Assembly: GCA_024689425.1 (NCBI GenBank)
Contig: JAILDN010000004.1
Location: forward strand, 12,464-76,463
Length of the DNA: 64,000 nt
Direction of reading: 5' to 3'
Source of the DNA: Methanobrevibacter sp.
Lineage (GTDB): Archaea; Methanobacteriota; Methanobacteria; Methanobacteriales; Methanobacteriaceae
The notes under the pieces are model-generated. The model was not told the DNA's origin. It saw only the letters and a program-made list of their open reading frames with translations, and did not search any database. The position numbers and the translations under genes are program-made. This document shows, piece after piece, positions 30,431 through 43,120 of this stretch (its first letter is position 1; each line of letters begins with the position of its first letter).

Positions 30431-30639
30431 ATAGAAAGAATTCATATTCTTTCCTCTTTTTATTTTTTTAACTCCAAACTCCACTGCCATGACCATGCAA
30501 TTTAAATAAAATTATGATTAATTAAAAAGTAATTTATACATGTTACTACTAAAATAATTGTTGAAAATTTTAAAATAATAAATGCTAATATGAAAAATAA
30601 ATAATATTATTTATGTGATATAGATTAATCAGATACAAT

Positions 30640-31773
30640 CTATAAAAAACCAGCGATTAAACTGACAATAATTATCAATGCCATTATAACAGAAATTGAA
30701 TTTACCAAAGGTTTGTACTGATGTTCAGGAAGCTTATAACTTAATAGAACCTCCAACATCTTACCCCCGTCCAATGGTTTCATTGGAAGCAAGTTAAATA
30801 ATCCTATTCCCAAGTTTAAAGTGAATACCCACTGAAACAACTCTAGCAAATTAAAGTAAATCCATGGTAGCGGTCCGAATGAATTGCTTTTAAGTACAAA
30901 ATGTTTAGAAGCTTGAATACCAAAAAAGCCCACCGAACTATTATTTGGATTTTTAGCCAAAGTCAGCGTATATGTCCCTTGATCTGTTCCCACAGTAACG
31001 TTATCTCCTGGTTTAAAAGAACCAATAATACTTAAGTAACTCTTTGAATCCGTGATGTTATGATTATCAATTGATTTAATTATCATTCCTTCATGTAAAT
31101 GTTCACTTGCCGGTGAATCACCAACAATTCTAGAAATCTCGATTCCATTTTCAGAAAAATTAGCCGGGATTGCATAAGATGCAACAATTAAAAATATTAC
31201 TAATGCAATTACTGCTAAAGACATATTTGCAATAGATCCTGCAGCATAAACTCTAAGTTGAGACAATTTTTTAGATAACTTTAATTTCTCTTCATCAGGT
31301 TCTACAAAAGCGCCGGGAATTATGGCGAATAATAATAATCCCATTGATTTAATGCTTATTTTTTCACTACATGCAAGAATACCATGAGAAAATTCATGTA
31401 CAATCAATACACTAGCTAAAGCCAATAAACCATATCCCAAAGGAACATAAATAGACGAACCAGGCATTTCAACACCTGGAATTATAATCGAAACTGATGG
31501 AGTCGTTGTTATTGTTTCAAGAGATGACACCATCAACCAAGTTATGTAAATCATTGCAATAAATGATACAAAAACACCCAGTGTCATAAAATACTTCCAG
31601 AAACGTGGAGATAAATCAGAAATCCTTTTGATTAAACCTTTAAGCCTTTCAGTTCTCCACATTATAACTGGAAAATCAATTTCAAAACCATGATTGGATA
31701 ATTTATTTTTAAAGATTAATGCCACTACCCAAATAATGACAAAAGCTATCAAATAATAATAAATCCCATTCAT
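30640..31773 (-). CDS. Site-2 protease (M50) with PDZ domain
   Basis: HEFSH zinc motif, GAFVEPD, YAAGS.AN, FNLLPMKPLDGG. Confidence 0.92.
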   Translation of the reverse strand: MNGIYYYLIAFVIIWVVALIFKNKLSNHGFEIDFPVIMWRTERLKGLIKRISDLSPRFWKYFMTLGVFVSFIAMIYITWLMVSSLETITTTPSVSIIIPGVEMPGSSIYVPLGYGLLALASVLIVHEFSHGILACSEKISIKSMGLLLFAIIPGAFVEPDEEKLKLSKKLSQLRVYAAGSIANMSLAVIALVIFLIVASYAIPANFSENGIEISRIVGDSPASEHLHEGMIIKSIDNHNITDSKSYLSIIGSFKPGDNVTVGTDQGTYTLTLAKNPNNSSVGFFGIQASKHFVLKSNSFGPLPWIYFNLLELFQWVFTLNLGIGLFNLLPMKPLDGGKMLEVLLSYKLPEHQYKPLVNSISVIMALIIIVSLIAGFL

Positions 31774-31789
31774 GAAAATACCTCGTTAC

Positions 31790-33007
31790 TTACCAAAGTA
31801 ATGAATTAAAAAAGACAACATCGACCATATCGCCCTTTTGGTATCCTTCATCATTTTCATCAATTATGATATAGCTATTAGCTTCTACCATTGAACGAAT
31901 GATTCCAGAACCCCTATTTAAGACATGTCTTGTGTGATTTTCATCAGTGAATGAACGAATGAAATCAGTCCTTCCAAGTTGTGAAGGAATCTTTAACATA
32001 GCTTCCTTTTTAGTAATCTCAAAATTAAAATCTCTTCCTTGCATTTTAAATAAGAATTTTCTTGCAAAAATATCAAATTGTGACATGGCAGCCACAGGCT
32101 GACCTGAAAAAGTAAAAACAACTTTATCATTGACAATACCTGCACCAATAGGCTTTCCAGGCCTAATTGAAACACCATGGAATAATACAGAACCTAAATC
32201 ATCAACGACATCTAAAACAACATCCCCTTTACTAATGGCTGTGCCTCCAGTAGTCATTATAACATCATATTCTTTACTGGCCTCAAGAACAGCTTCTCTA
32301 ACCTCATCAAAAGTATCTCCAGCATGACCAATATCAGCAATAGCTCCTGAATCTTCAACCATCGCTTTAATAGTAAATTGATTTGAATTAATAATTTTAG
32401 CTTTATCAATCTCTTCTTTAGTAGGTTCCACCAATTCATTGCCTGTAATAATAATTTTAACTCTAGGTTTTTTAAATACTTCAACAGTATCATAACCTGC
32501 TGATGCAATTAACCCCAATTCCTGATAGCGAATAAAAGTATTTTTAGACAATATCTTCTCTCCTTTTTTAATATCTTCCGCTTTAGGAGAAACGTTTTCT
32601 CCAGGAGTAACCTGAGAATATATTGTCAATTCGTCCCCATCAGTTGTAGTGTATTCTTTCATTAAAACAGCATCAGCTCCCTCAGGAATAGGGGCACCAG
32701 TAGCAATAACAATTGCTTCCCCCTCATTAATTATTTTGTCACAAAAATCACCTGCACCAATCGCATCAACTATTTTTAAAGTCTTAGGTGCAGACTGTGA
32801 TGCACCAAAAGTATTCTCACCTTTAAGTGCAAATCCATCCATTGCTGACTTATCGAAAGGCGGAGAATTGTGATAAGCAATAATATCTTCAGCTAATACT
32901 CTTTTGTGAGCTTCTCTAATGGGGATTTTTTCTGTCCCTACAACCAATTGGTTCTCATCAATTAATTTTAAAGCGTCATTTAAAGAGTCTAATTTCGATA
33001 AAAACAT
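31790..33007 (-). CDS. moeA: Molybdopterin molybdenumtransferase MoeA
   Basis: PPFDKSAMDGFA, IATGAPIPEGADAV, TGNEL, TTGGTA, RPGKP. Confidence 0.94.
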   Translation of the reverse strand: MFLSKLDSLNDALKLIDENQLVVGTEKIPIREAHKRVLAEDIIAYHNSPPFDKSAMDGFALKGENTFGASQSAPKTLKIVDAIGAGDFCDKIINEGEAIVIATGAPIPEGADAVLMKEYTTTDGDELTIYSQVTPGENVSPKAEDIKKGEKILSKNTFIRYQELGLIASAGYDTVEVFKKPRVKIIITGNELVEPTKEEIDKAKIINSNQFTIKAMVEDSGAIADIGHAGDTFDEVREAVLEASKEYDVIMTTGGTAISKGDVVLDVVDDLGSVLFHGVSIRPGKPIGAGIVNDKVVFTFSGQPVAAMSQFDIFARKFLFKMQGRDFNFEITKKEAMLKIPSQLGRTDFIRSFTDENHTRHVLNRGSGIIRSMVEANSYIIIDENDEGYQKGDMVDVVFFNSLLW

Positions 33008-33023
33008 TTAAACACCTAATAAA

Positions 33024-35162
33024 TTATGCCATGTATTGCTCAATAACACCATGATATGCATTATCTAAATCTTCAAAGCTAAATTCATGGCCATTGACCT
33101 TAAGTGAATTTCCTTTTACCTCACCGATGACTTGTGCATCCACATCAATTTTTGCCAAGATTTCATCCAAAGCATCTTCTTTTACAGTTAACAAGTATCT
33201 GGCATGACTTTCTGAGTAAAGTAATTGAATTTTATCTAATTCATCATCTTCTAAATTAACTTCACAACCTTTACCTGATTTAATAAACATTTCAGATAAA
33301 GCTACTGCAAGTCCTCCAGCAGATACATCATGAACAGCAGTAATATCTTTATTTTCGTCTTCATCGATTAATTTTAATACTGTTTGACCATTGGCAACTT
33401 CCTCATCTATTCTGATTCTTGGAGCAGTTCCTTTTTCAATACCATGGATAGTTCTATGATATTCAGAACCTGTTAACTCATCATAAGTTTTACCGATTAA
33501 GATGATTTTATCTCCCTCATTTTTAAAGTCCATAGTCCTAATATTTTTAATATTTTCAACACCTATTACACCAACTGCAGGTGTCGGATTGATTTTAATT
33601 CCTTCAGTCTCATTGTAGAAACTAACATTTCCACTAATAACTGGAGCATTGAAATTTTCGGCTACAAGACTCATTCCTTCAATAGCTGTTTTGAATTGCC
33701 ATAAGATTTCTGGAGTTTCAGGATTTCCAAAGTTAAGACAGTCTACAACCGCATAAGGAGTTGCACCCATAGAAATAACATTTCTTATAGCTTCTGCAAC
33801 ACAACCAGCCGCCCCATCAAATGGAGATAATTTGGTGTGAATTGTATTGGAATCAGTAGTAAGTGCAATAGCAGTTTCATCATCAATTCTAAGCACTGCC
33901 GCATCATCACCAGGTTTTACAACTGTTCTAACTTGAACTTCATGGTCATATTGTTTATAAACCCACTCTTTAGAAGCTATATTAGGACTGGCCAATAATT
34001 TAGGTAATGATTTATGAAGTCCAGGATCTTTAAGTTCAATTTTTTCTGTGTCTTCAGGAATTTCACAAATAGGCCTGTCAATTGAAGGTGGATCCGCTAA
34101 AAGAATAGTAGGCAAGTTAGCAAGCTCATCCCCTTCATCTGAAACAATCATATTGTTTCCTTCAATGACTTCACCAATGATTGAAGAGGTGATTTCATGT
34201 TTATCACAGATTTTTTGAGCAAGTTCAATATCATCCGGATTAATGACAAATACCATACGTTCTTGGGATTCTGAAAGCATAATTTCATAAGGAGTCATAC
34301 CAGTTTCTCTTAATGGAATTGCACGTAAATCAACTAATGCTCCATTCTGAGAGGAATCTACTAATTCTGAAATACAACAAGTAAGACCTCCACCACCCAA
34401 ATCCTTTACACCGCTGACATTGATTTTTTCTAAAATTTCTAAAGATGCTTCTAAAACTCTTTTTTTAGTAAATGGGTCTGCTACTTGTACTGCCGGCCTA
34501 TCTTCAGTTTCTGAGTCTGATGTTAACTCTTCTGACGCAAATGTTACACCATGGATTCCGTCACGCCCGGTTGTTCCACCCATTAATAGGAATACATCAC
34601 CAATATTTGGTGCTTGTGCACGTACGATTTTATCTTTTTCAACAAGACCTACACACATTACATTTACTAAAGGATTTGTTCTAAAGGATTCGTCAAATTC
34701 AATTTCACCAGCAACAGTTGGAACACCAACCCTATTACCATAATCTGAAATTCCTTTTACAACATGTTCAAATAAATATCTTGATTTTTCATCTTCTAAA
34801 GGTCCGAATCTAAGTGAATCTAAAAGTGCAATAGGCATTGCCCCCATAGAAATAATATCCCTTAAAATTCCACCAATACCAGTACCTGCTCCACCATACG
34901 GTTCAATAGCAGATGGGTGATTGTGAGATTCCATACCTACAGCCAATGCATATTTATCAGTGACAGAAACGAGTCCTGCATCGTCTCCCGGACCTAAAAT
35001 AATGTTTTCTCCTTCAGTTGGAAAAGCTCTTAAAAATGGCCTACTACTCTTGTAAGAACAATGCTCTGAAAACATTACATCAAGCATTCCTTCTTCCAAT
35101 TCGTTCATTTTCCTACCAAGGATTCCTTCAATATATTCAATTTCAGAATCAGCCAAAGTCAT
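33024..35162 (-). CDS. purL: Phosphoribosylformylglycinamidine synthase subunit PurL
   Basis: [38 protein letters not shown]. Confidence 0.97.
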   Translation of the reverse strand: MTLADSEIEYIEGILGRKMNELEEGMLDVMFSEHCSYKSSRPFLRAFPTEGENIILGPGDDAGLVSVTDKYALAVGMESHNHPSAIEPYGGAGTGIGGILRDIISMGAMPIALLDSLRFGPLEDEKSRYLFEHVVKGISDYGNRVGVPTVAGEIEFDESFRTNPLVNVMCVGLVEKDKIVRAQAPNIGDVFLLMGGTTGRDGIHGVTFASEELTSDSETEDRPAVQVADPFTKKRVLEASLEILEKINVSGVKDLGGGGLTCCISELVDSSQNGALVDLRAIPLRETGMTPYEIMLSESQERMVFVINPDDIELAQKICDKHEITSSIIGEVIEGNNMIVSDEGDELANLPTILLADPPSIDRPICEIPEDTEKIELKDPGLHKSLPKLLASPNIASKEWVYKQYDHEVQVRTVVKPGDDAAVLRIDDETAIALTTDSNTIHTKLSPFDGAAGCVAEAIRNVISMGATPYAVVDCLNFGNPETPEILWQFKTAIEGMSLVAENFNAPVISGNVSFYNETEGIKINPTPAVGVIGVENIKNIRTMDFKNEGDKIILIGKTYDELTGSEYHRTIHGIEKGTAPRIRIDEEVANGQTVLKLIDEDENKDITAVHDVSAGGLAVALSEMFIKSGKGCEVNLEDDELDKIQLLYSESHARYLLTVKEDALDEILAKIDVDAQVIGEVKGNSLKVNGHEFSFEDLDNAYHGVIEQYMA

Positions 35163-35172
35163 GTTAACACCT

Positions 35173-38100
35173 TTAATTTTTAATTGAAATAATTACTTTT
35201 TCTCCTTCAATATTCCATTCTTTAGTATAATCTTTAGAATCTTTATTGCATTCTTCACTGTCAGTTATAATTAAGCTATTTGCTCTTACTTCATGAGAAA
35301 TGAATTCAGCTTGAGGTACAATTAAATCTTTAAATTCACTAGACGTTTCTACATCGACATTGATGTTTGCTTCAACATCTAAATCTAAATCTTTTCTCAT
35401 ATCCTGAATTCTTCTAATTAATTCACGAGCCATAGCTTCTTGTTTAATCTCTAATGTGATATTAGTATTTACAAATACATTTCCGCCTTCAAATTCTGAT
35501 GAAACGAAATCATCTGGAAGTTCAGAGTCGAATAATATATCATCTGAGGACAATTCATGCCCTTCAATAATTATACTTCCATTAGCTTCCAAATCAGCTT
35601 TAATTTGATTTCCATCACCCTGTTTTAAAGCATTCATTACCTTACCCATGTCACCTTTAAGTCTTGGACCCAAAGTTTTAAGGTTTGGTTTTGCATTAAA
35701 TGATAATTTTTCAAATTCACTGGCACATAATACCTCTTTAGTATTAGATTGATCCTTAATAATATCAGTTAACTCTTCAATAGCTTTTAATACATTATCA
35801 TCCTGAGATACAACCGTAATATCAGAAACCGGCCATCTTAACTTATATTGTGCAATATCACGTGCTCTTATTGATGCATCTATGACATTACGTACAACAT
35901 CCATTTTAGCTTCAAGTTCTTCATCAATTGCATCCTCATCATATTCCCAATCATTCATGTGAATACTTTCAAGGGCATCAGGATTAACTCCTTTAACAAG
36001 GTTTTCATAGATTTCTTCAGATATGTGAGGAGCTATTGGACATAAAACAGAAATCAATTTGATTAAAGCTGTGTATAAACTGTAATATGCTCCTAATTTA
36101 TCAGGATCATCACTTTCAACCCAGGTTCTTCCACGAATAAGTCTTACATACCAACGGCTTAAATCTTCTAAGATAAAATTATTAATTTTTCTTGTTGCTT
36201 TATGGAAGAATAATTTATCCAAGTCATCAGCAACTTCTTTTACTAAAGTATTGGCCTTAGATATAATCCATTTATCTTCAGGTCTTAAAATGATGTCATC
36301 TTCAGTTAATTCAATAGGATTGAAGTTATCCAAGGACATGTAAGTTGTTGAAAATACATAGACATTCCATAAAATATTAAACATTTTGTTAATGTTCAAG
36401 AGCTCATCCCATACGAATTTTAAATCATCCCATGGTTTTGAAGCCCATAATAAGTAGAATCTTAATACATCTGCCCCATATTTTTCAATTACTTCTTCAG
36501 GAGCTACAACATTTCCTAATGATTTAGACATTTTATTTCCTTTATCATCCAATACAAATCCATGCATTAAAACTTTTTGATATGGACTTTGACCCATTGA
36601 AATAACTCCGGTACCTAATTGTGAGTAGAACCATCCCCTAGTCTGGTCATGACCTTCTGTAATAAAGTCATATGGATACCAATCCTGGAATTTTTCTTTT
36701 TCTTCAGGATAATAAAGTGAAGCCCAACCTGCAACACCGGAATCAATCCATACATCCAACACATCAGGAATTCTTTTAATAGCTTTTCCACAGCCGTCAC
36801 ATTTAACTTCAACTTCATCCACATATGGCCTGTGGATAAGTTCCGCATCAGATACGTTAATATCAGTTAATGATTCGGCTTTTAGCTCATCTAAAGAACC
36901 AATAACTTTGATTTCACCACAATCAGGGCATTCCCAAATAGGAATCGGAATACCCCAGTATCTTTGTCTTGAAATTGTCCAGTCACGTGCATTATCTACC
37001 CAATCATGGAATCTGCCTTCGCCAGCCCATTTAGGAACCCATTCGACACGAGCAATTTCATCCAACATTTTTTGTTTAATGTCTGTTACTTTTAAGAACC
37101 ATTGTTTAGTTGCGATGTATATAATTGGAGTTTTACATCTCCAACATACCCCATATCTGTGCTCAATAGTTTCTGATCTGTACATTAAATTTTTATCTTC
37201 CAAATCTTTGATAATTTGTGGATTTTCATCTTTTGTGAATTTAGTAGCATATTTTCCTGCATCTTCAGTGAAACAACCATCTTCACCAACAGGACAGAAA
37301 ATTGGAAGACCATGAGCTTGACCTACTTCAAAGTCCTCTGGACCGTGTCCTGGTGCAGTATGAACTAACCCTGTACCTTCACCAAGTTCTACATGGTCAC
37401 CTGATAGGATTGTATGGACTTTTTCAATTTTTGAGTCAAATTCCATTTGTTTTGGAATTTCATCGGCTAAAATATAATCATAACTTAATCCAACTAAATC
37501 TGAACCTTTTACTGTCTTAATAATTTCATATAAAACTTCTTTTTCTTCAATTATTTGGTCTTCTTCATCTTCATTTTCAGCAGGTATTTTGGTTCTATGA
37601 ATTTTAACTTGTTTACCTAAAACATCTTCCATTAAGTTTTCAGCTAAAATTAAAGTTTCACCGTCTTTTAAAACATAAACATAGTCAAATTCAGGATTAG
37701 CACAAATGGCCATGTTGGCAGGGAGAGTCCATGGAGTTGTTGTCCAAACCAGGAAATAAGTATTTTCTTCACCAGTAACTGGGAATTTAATGAATATGGA
37801 AGGGTCTTGTTTGTCTTCATATTCAATTTCTGCAGCCGCAAGTGCTGTTCCACAATGAGGACACCAGCTAATTACTCTTTGGTCGTTAACAAGTAAATTT
37901 TGGTCATTTGCTCTTTTTAATGTCCACCAAGAAGATTCCATATATTTCGGATCTAATGTCATGTATGGGTCATCCCAATCCATCCAAACTCCCAATTGGT
38001 CAAATTCTTCTTCCATAGCTACTTTATTCTCCATTGCAAATTCCCTACATTTATCTACAAAAGCAGCAATACCAATTGTATCTTCGATTTCTTGTTTACT

Positions 38101-38412
38101 TTTAATGCCCATCAATTGCTCTACTTTATGCTCGATTGGAAGACCGTGCATATCCCAACCTGCTTGTCTTCTTAAACTAAATCCATTCATTGATTTATAA
38201 CGTAAATATGAATCTTTAATAACTTTGTTCCAAGCAGTACCCAAGTGTATTTTTCCACTACAATATGGCGGACCATCTAAAAATGAGTATTTAGGACCTT
38301 TTTCTCTAAGTTCATTGACTTTTTTGAAAGTATCTTCATCTTTCCAGAATTTTTGTACTTTCTTTTCTATTTTATCATGATCGTATGATTTATCTGCCTC
38401 GTTTATTGGCAT
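35173..38412 (-). CDS. ileS: Isoleucine-tRNA ligase
   Basis: [47 protein letters not shown]. Confidence 0.97.
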   Translation of the reverse strand: MPINEADKSYDHDKIEKKVQKFWKDEDTFKKVNELREKGPKYSFLDGPPYCSGKIHLGTAWNKVIKDSYLRYKSMNGFSLRRQAGWDMHGLPIEHKVEQLMGIKSKQEIEDTIGIAAFVDKCREFAMENKVAMEEEFDQLGVWMDWDDPYMTLDPKYMESSWWTLKRANDQNLLVNDQRVISWCPHCGTALAAAEIEYEDKQDPSIFIKFPVTGEENTYFLVWTTTPWTLPANMAICANPEFDYVYVLKDGETLILAENLMEDVLGKQVKIHRTKIPAENEDEEDQIIEEKEVLYEIIKTVKGSDLVGLSYDYILADEIPKQMEFDSKIEKVHTILSGDHVELGEGTGLVHTAPGHGPEDFEVGQAHGLPIFCPVGEDGCFTEDAGKYATKFTKDENPQIIKDLEDKNLMYRSETIEHRYGVCWRCKTPIIYIATKQWFLKVTDIKQKMLDEIARVEWVPKWAGEGRFHDWVDNARDWTISRQRYWGIPIPIWECPDCGEIKVIGSLDELKAESLTDINVSDAELIHRPYVDEVEVKCDGCGKAIKRIPDVLDVWIDSGVAGWASLYYPEEKEKFQDWYPYDFITEGHDQTRGWFYSQLGTGVISMGQSPYQKVLMHGFVLDDKGNKMSKSLGNVVAPEEVIEKYGADVLRFYLLWASKPWDDLKFVWDELLNINKMFNILWNVYVFSTTYMSLDNFNPIELTEDDIILRPEDKWIISKANTLVKEVADDLDKLFFHKATRKINNFILEDLSRWYVRLIRGRTWVESDDPDKLGAYYSLYTALIKLISVLCPIAPHISEEIYENLVKGVNPDALESIHMNDWEYDEDAIDEELEAKMDVVRNVIDASIRARDIAQYKLRWPVSDITVVSQDDNVLKAIEELTDIIKDQSNTKEVLCASEFEKLSFNAKPNLKTLGPRLKGDMGKVMNALKQGDGNQIKADLEANGSIIIEGHELSSDDILFDSELPDDFVSSEFEGGNVFVNTNITLEIKQEAMARELIRRIQDMRKDLDLDVEANINVDVETSSEFKDLIVPQAEFISHEVRANSLIITDSEECNKDSKDYTKEWNIEGEKVIISIKN

Positions 38413-38627
38413 TGTAACTCCTCAAAAATTAATAATCTATAATATGTATTCTTTTGTTTTATATAATAAATAAAAGTTATTACAATTTTTGAATATTTTA
38501 AAAATTGAAAAGATTTTCAAACAAAACTGGTGAGTAAACTAATTAAAAAAAGAATGGATAAAAAATTATAAAAATAAAAATCTCAAAAAAAATATAAAAA
38601 TTTTTCCTCAAAAGAGGAAAGTTTTAT

Positions 38628-39794
38628 TTAATTAATATATTTTTTTAAATCTTCGGCTTTGTCGGTTTTTTCCCATGGGAGGTCTTCAATACCGAAGTGA
38701 CCATATTTAGCAGTTTGTTTATAGCTAGTGTCTCTTAAACCTAATGTTTCGATAATTCCATCAGGTGTTAATTTAAAGTTTTCACGTACTATTTTATCAA
38801 AATCAAGGTCTGCTGCGCCGGTTCCAAAGGTATCTACCATTATTGAAGTTGGTTCTGCAACTCCAATCGCATAGGATAATTGGATTTCACATTTTTCAGC
38901 TAATCCGCTAGCTACAATATTTTTTGCAATGTATCTTGCCATGTAGCATGCGCTTCTATCTACTTTAGTGCAGTCTTTTCCTGAAAATGCTCCTCCGCCG
39001 TGACGTGCATATCCTCCGTAGGTATCTACGATGATTTTACGGCCGGTTAGACCTGCATCTCCGTGAGGTCCACCGATTTCGAATTTTCCGGTTGGGTTAA
39101 TGTGCTCTTTAGTATCTTCAGTCATTAATTCATCAGGAATAACTGCTTTAAAGAGTTTTTCACGAATATCTGCTTTTAATTGTTCTTGATTATCAGAGAC
39201 TGTCTCATCATGTTGAGTTGACAATACAACTGCATCAAGTGAAACAACATTGCCGTCTTTATCATAATTTACGGATACTTGTGCTTTACCGTCAGGCCTT
39301 AAATATGGGATTTCACCACTTTCCCTAAGTTCAGTTAATTTATTAGTTAATTTACGGGCAAGATCAATTGGATAAGGCATTAATGAGTCAGTTTCATTAG
39401 TTGCAAAACCGAACATCATACCTTGATCTCCAGCTCCACTTTCTTCATCCCCACGGTCGACTCCCTGATTAATATCAGCAGACTGTTCATGGAGCCTATT
39501 TTTAACTTCACAAGTATGACCATCAAATTTTAAATCAGGATTATCATAACCGATTTCAATAATTGTGTCTCTTATTATTTTTTCAATTTCGTCTTCTGAG
39601 ATATGAGCTGATGAGGTTATTTCACCAAATACCATACAAAAATCAGTTGTTACACAAGTTTCACATGCAACATGTGAATTTTTATCCTGTGCCATGTACG
39701 CATCTAATATAGCATCAGAAATAATATCTGCAACTTTATCAGGATGCCCCTGAGTTACTGATTCTGATGTAAATGTTCTACCTATTTCATTCAT
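38628..39794 (-). CDS. metK: S-adenosylmethionine synthetase, bacterial/eukaryotic type
   Basis: [42 protein letters not shown]; GGTGA RBS before ATG 39794. Confidence 0.96.
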   Translation of the reverse strand: MNEIGRTFTSESVTQGHPDKVADIISDAILDAYMAQDKNSHVACETCVTTDFCMVFGEITSSAHISEDEIEKIIRDTIIEIGYDNPDLKFDGHTCEVKNRLHEQSADINQGVDRGDEESGAGDQGMMFGFATNETDSLMPYPIDLARKLTNKLTELRESGEIPYLRPDGKAQVSVNYDKDGNVVSLDAVVLSTQHDETVSDNQEQLKADIREKLFKAVIPDELMTEDTKEHINPTGKFEIGGPHGDAGLTGRKIIVDTYGGYARHGGGAFSGKDCTKVDRSACYMARYIAKNIVASGLAEKCEIQLSYAIGVAEPTSIMVDTFGTGAADLDFDKIVRENFKLTPDGIIETLGLRDTSYKQTAKYGHFGIEDLPWEKTDKAEDLKKYIN

Positions 39795-39970
39795 ATTATC
39801 ACCAATCTTCAATTTTAAATTCTCATTGATAATTACTATATACAGTATAAATGTATCAACATAATCAAGTCATTATAAGTTATATCTTAAATATTATATA
39901 TAAATTGTTAAAAATTAAAAAATAATAAATATATCTGAAGAACAAAATTAAAGAAAAAAAGAGGAAAAAA

Positions 39971-40636
39971 ATGAATATAATTTACTTAATTGATTTTAAC
40001 TGCCCATATTCCTATATTGGACTTAAAAGACTTAAAAAAGCTACTGAAAACTTAGATATAGATGTTGAATGGGAAATTAAAGCATTTGAACTTGAACCAT
40101 TAGCTGGAAAAAGACCTACAAAAAGCACTACTGAAAGATATGCTGAAAAATACGGATTATCAATAGAAGACGCTTCAAGCAAAATTGCAGAAATAGAACA
40201 GATTGCACTTGATGATGGGCTAAAAATTAACTATAAAGACATGTTACTTACAAGATCAAACGATGCACTAAGATTATGTAAATTTAGTCAAAATACACAT
40301 CCTGAAATTACTTTAAAACTTGTTGAAGAAATATTTTACTCAAATTTAATTAAAAACGAAAATATTGCAGACATTAAAATTTTAAGTAAAATAGCTATTT
40401 CATGTGGACTAGAAGAAAATGAAGCAAATAAAATTCTTGAAAATAATTATTACAACATAGAAATATACCTTGATAAAGAAGAAGCTCTTTCATATGGAAT
40501 TACAGCAACCCCCTGTTTTATATTGAATAATGAAGAAGGAAGACTTATAATACCGGAGGTATTTTCAACTGAAGAATTTGAAATTACACTAAAAGATTTC
40601 TCAAGTGGAGAAATTGAATCAAAGACATTTATCTAA
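39971..40636 (+). CDS. DsbA/FrnE-like thioredoxin-fold protein
   Basis: DFNCPYSYIG and cis-Pro region GITATPCF. Confidence 0.8.
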   Translation: MNIIYLIDFNCPYSYIGLKRLKKATENLDIDVEWEIKAFELEPLAGKRPTKSTTERYAEKYGLSIEDASSKIAEIEQIALDDGLKINYKDMLLTRSNDALRLCKFSQNTHPEITLKLVEEIFYSNLIKNENIADIKILSKIAISCGLEENEANKILENNYYNIEIYLDKEEALSYGITATPCFILNNEEGRLIIPEVFSTEEFEITLKDFSSGEIESKTFI

Positions 40637-40718
40637 AGTGATTTAAATAACCTTTTAAAGGCAATATTCTAACTAAAAATAAGTTAAATTTAATAATAAC
40701 TAAAATAACCTATTATCC

Positions 40719-41012
40719 ATGATTAAAATAGAATATGCAGATACTTTTTTCAAAAGACTAATGGGATTGATGTTTAAAAAAGATATTGATTATGGGTTAT
40801 TATTAATTTTAAAGTATGGATCAAGCATCCATACTTGCTTTATGCACTTTACAATCGATGCCTATTTTTTAGACGAAAATAAAGTCATTGTAGAAAAAAT
40901 AACATTGAAACCTTGGAAATTTTATAAAGCATCAAAAAAAGTTAAATATATTTTAGAAGTGAAAGAAAACACATTAAATTTAAAAAAAGGAGAAAAAATT
41001 GAGTTTATATAA
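40719..41012 (+). CDS. DUF192 family protein
   Basis: ADTFFKRLMGLMF, IHTCFMHFTID, YILEV. Confidence 0.82.
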   Translation: MIKIEYADTFFKRLMGLMFKKDIDYGLLLILKYGSSIHTCFMHFTIDAYFLDENKVIVEKITLKPWKFYKASKKVKYILEVKENTLNLKKGEKIEFI

Positions 41013-41697
41013 ACTCTAAAACGTCTTTAGGATTTTCAAAGATTTGAATATCATCAATTTCAGATAATTTTCTGGTATTTTCAATATCAATGTCTCTCAT
41101 GTAAATTGTGATAATTTTTCCTTCAGAAATGGCATCATAAGGACAGCTGTTTCTGCATTGGCCACAACCTACACATTTAGTCAAGTCAATTTCATCATGG
41201 GGAATAATTGCACCTTCAGGACATGCAAGAGCTGCAATACACTCGTCACAAGTTTGACATTTGCTAGCTTCCATTTTTGACGGCAAAACAGTGTCAATTG
41301 GTCCTGGATGAATATCTACAGGAACCATAAAAGTCTTAACTGCCCCTTTACCTGCTTGTGCAACAACATTAGTTACTAAAGTGTCTGCAATCCCATAGAC
41401 TATTTTTGCAACTGTATTGGCAGTAGCTGGTGAAACAATTAATAAATCATACTTACCAAGAGAGAATCTGCCAGTTATTGGAAATGAAAATTTTTGGTTT
41501 GAATCTGTAGCAAGTTCCCTATATTTGCCTCCAGTTAATCTGGTGACTCTTTCATAAAGACCATACATTTTCAATACCTCTTCAGCAGCACCTGAAAGAA
41601 ATATAGTTACTTCATGGTCTTCAGCTAATTTTTCGGCTACTTGAACAGATTCATTGAGTAAATGACCGGCTCCAGTAAAAGCAAACCCTATTCTCAT
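41005..41697 (-). CDS. dmrX: Dihydromethanopterin reductase (acceptor); flavoprotein with 2x[4Fe-4S]
   Basis: FAFTGAGH, SPATANTVAKIVYGIADTL, CxxCxxCxxxCP twice. Confidence 0.8.
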   Translation of the reverse strand: MRIGFAFTGAGHLLNESVQVAEKLAEDHEVTIFLSGAAEEVLKMYGLYERVTRLTGGKYRELATDSNQKFSFPITGRFSLGKYDLLIVSPATANTVAKIVYGIADTLVTNVVAQAGKGAVKTFMVPVDIHPGPIDTVLPSKMEASKCQTCDECIAALACPEGAIIPHDEIDLTKCVGCGQCRNSCPYDAISEGKIITIYMRDIDIENTRKLSEIDDIQIFENPKDVLEFI

Positions 41698-41703
41698 AGT
41701 AAT

Positions 41704-42975
41704 CTATAATAATTTATGATATTGATAAGCATCTCTGTCTGAGAATGCATAGTCTAAAGTTGTGTATTGGTTCATAAATTCAGCAACTTCATCAGCAATG
41801 TCTTCTTTATCAACTGCTACACGACGGATGAACTCAGCAACTTCATCCATTTCTTTTTCTTTTAATCCTCTTCTAGTGATTTCTTGAGTTCCTATCCTAA
41901 TACCAGATGGATCATCACTATTATCTCTGTCATCACCAGGTAAAAGATTTTTATTTAAAATAACATTATTATCTGCCAATTCACGAGCAATATCGGAAGC
42001 TGATCTAATATTAGTTAAGTCTACAGCAATTTGGTGAGATTGAGTAAATCCTTGTTCTTCACATAAAACATTGAATCCTCTTTCATACATCGCTTGACCT
42101 AATGCCTGTGCGTTTTTAATGATTTGTTTAGCATAAGCTTCACCAAATTCCAACATTTCAGCAGTAGCAATTCCTAAACCTAATAAATGGTGTAAATGGT
42201 GATTACTTACTACACCTGGGAACACGGCATTATCAATTATTTCTTCATTTTCTTTGTGAGAAAGAATAATTCCACCTTGTGGACCAGGGAAAGTTTTGTG
42301 AGTACTACCCATCATTAAATCTGCCCCTTCTTTTAATGGTTGTTGGAATTGGCCTCCTGCAATAAGACCTAACACATGAGCTCCATCATACATGATTTTA
42401 GCTCCAACTTCATCAGCAGCTTCGCGAGCTTCTTTAATTGGGTGTGGGAATAAGAATAAGCTTCCACCGAATAAAACAATTTGTGGTTTTTCTTCCAAGA
42501 TTTTCTTGTTCATTGCATCGATGTCAATGTTCATAATATCTTTATTTAAAGGGTGGAAAACTGTTTTAAGGCCACGAATACCTGCTGCACTTACATCAGC
42601 GTGAGAAATATGGCCTCCAGAAGGTACTTCTAATGCCATTACTTTTTCACCAGGTTTTGCAAACCCAAAAAATGCTGCTAAATTTGCAGTTACGCCTGAA
42701 ACTGGCTGAACATTTGCATAATCACAATCATAAACTTCACAAGAAAGTTTTTTGGTTTTGTCTTCGATTAAATCGATGAATTGACATCCTTCGTAGAATC
42801 TTTCAAATGCTTGACCTTCAGCATATCTATGAGCAAAATCAGTAGCTAAGGCTTCTGTTACTTCTACACTAGTAACATTTTCAGAAGCGATAAGATTAAT
42901 ACTGTTTCTCATGTATTGAGCATGTTCCTGTGCTATCTTTTCAAAGTTTAAAATTTCATCATGATAATTAGTCAT
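41704..42975 (-). CDS. glyA: Serine hydroxymethyltransferase (archaeal type)
   Basis: [38 protein letters not shown]. Confidence 0.96.
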   Translation of the reverse strand: MTNYHDEILNFEKIAQEHAQYMRNSINLIASENVTSVEVTEALATDFAHRYAEGQAFERFYEGCQFIDLIEDKTKKLSCEVYDCDYANVQPVSGVTANLAAFFGFAKPGEKVMALEVPSGGHISHADVSAAGIRGLKTVFHPLNKDIMNIDIDAMNKKILEEKPQIVLFGGSLFLFPHPIKEAREAADEVGAKIMYDGAHVLGLIAGGQFQQPLKEGADLMMGSTHKTFPGPQGGIILSHKENEEIIDNAVFPGVVSNHHLHHLLGLGIATAEMLEFGEAYAKQIIKNAQALGQAMYERGFNVLCEEQGFTQSHQIAVDLTNIRSASDIARELADNNVILNKNLLPGDDRDNSDDPSGIRIGTQEITRRGLKEKEMDEVAEFIRRVAVDKEDIADEVAEFMNQYTTLDYAFSDRDAYQYHKLL

Positions 42976-43120
42976 TTACTACACCTAAAATTAAATTAAA
43001 AATTATATTTTAATTTTTGTTTATCTTATAATATAATAGTTATGAAAAAATAGTATTCTCTTAAAAAAGAAGATATATTTGTAAAAAAAAGTAGTGAGTT
43101 AAAAAAAAATAAAAAAGAAA

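Noticed and set aside
30470-30500. GC-richer patch (minus strand could read HGHGSGVWS*) after the rubrerythrin-like gene
   Set aside because: An in-frame stop lies shortly upstream and there is no start or RBS; not a rubredoxin or a supportable ORF.
39795-39970. SAM riboswitch upstream of the bacterial-type metK
   Set aside because: The region is short and almost purely A/T, with no S-box-like helices.
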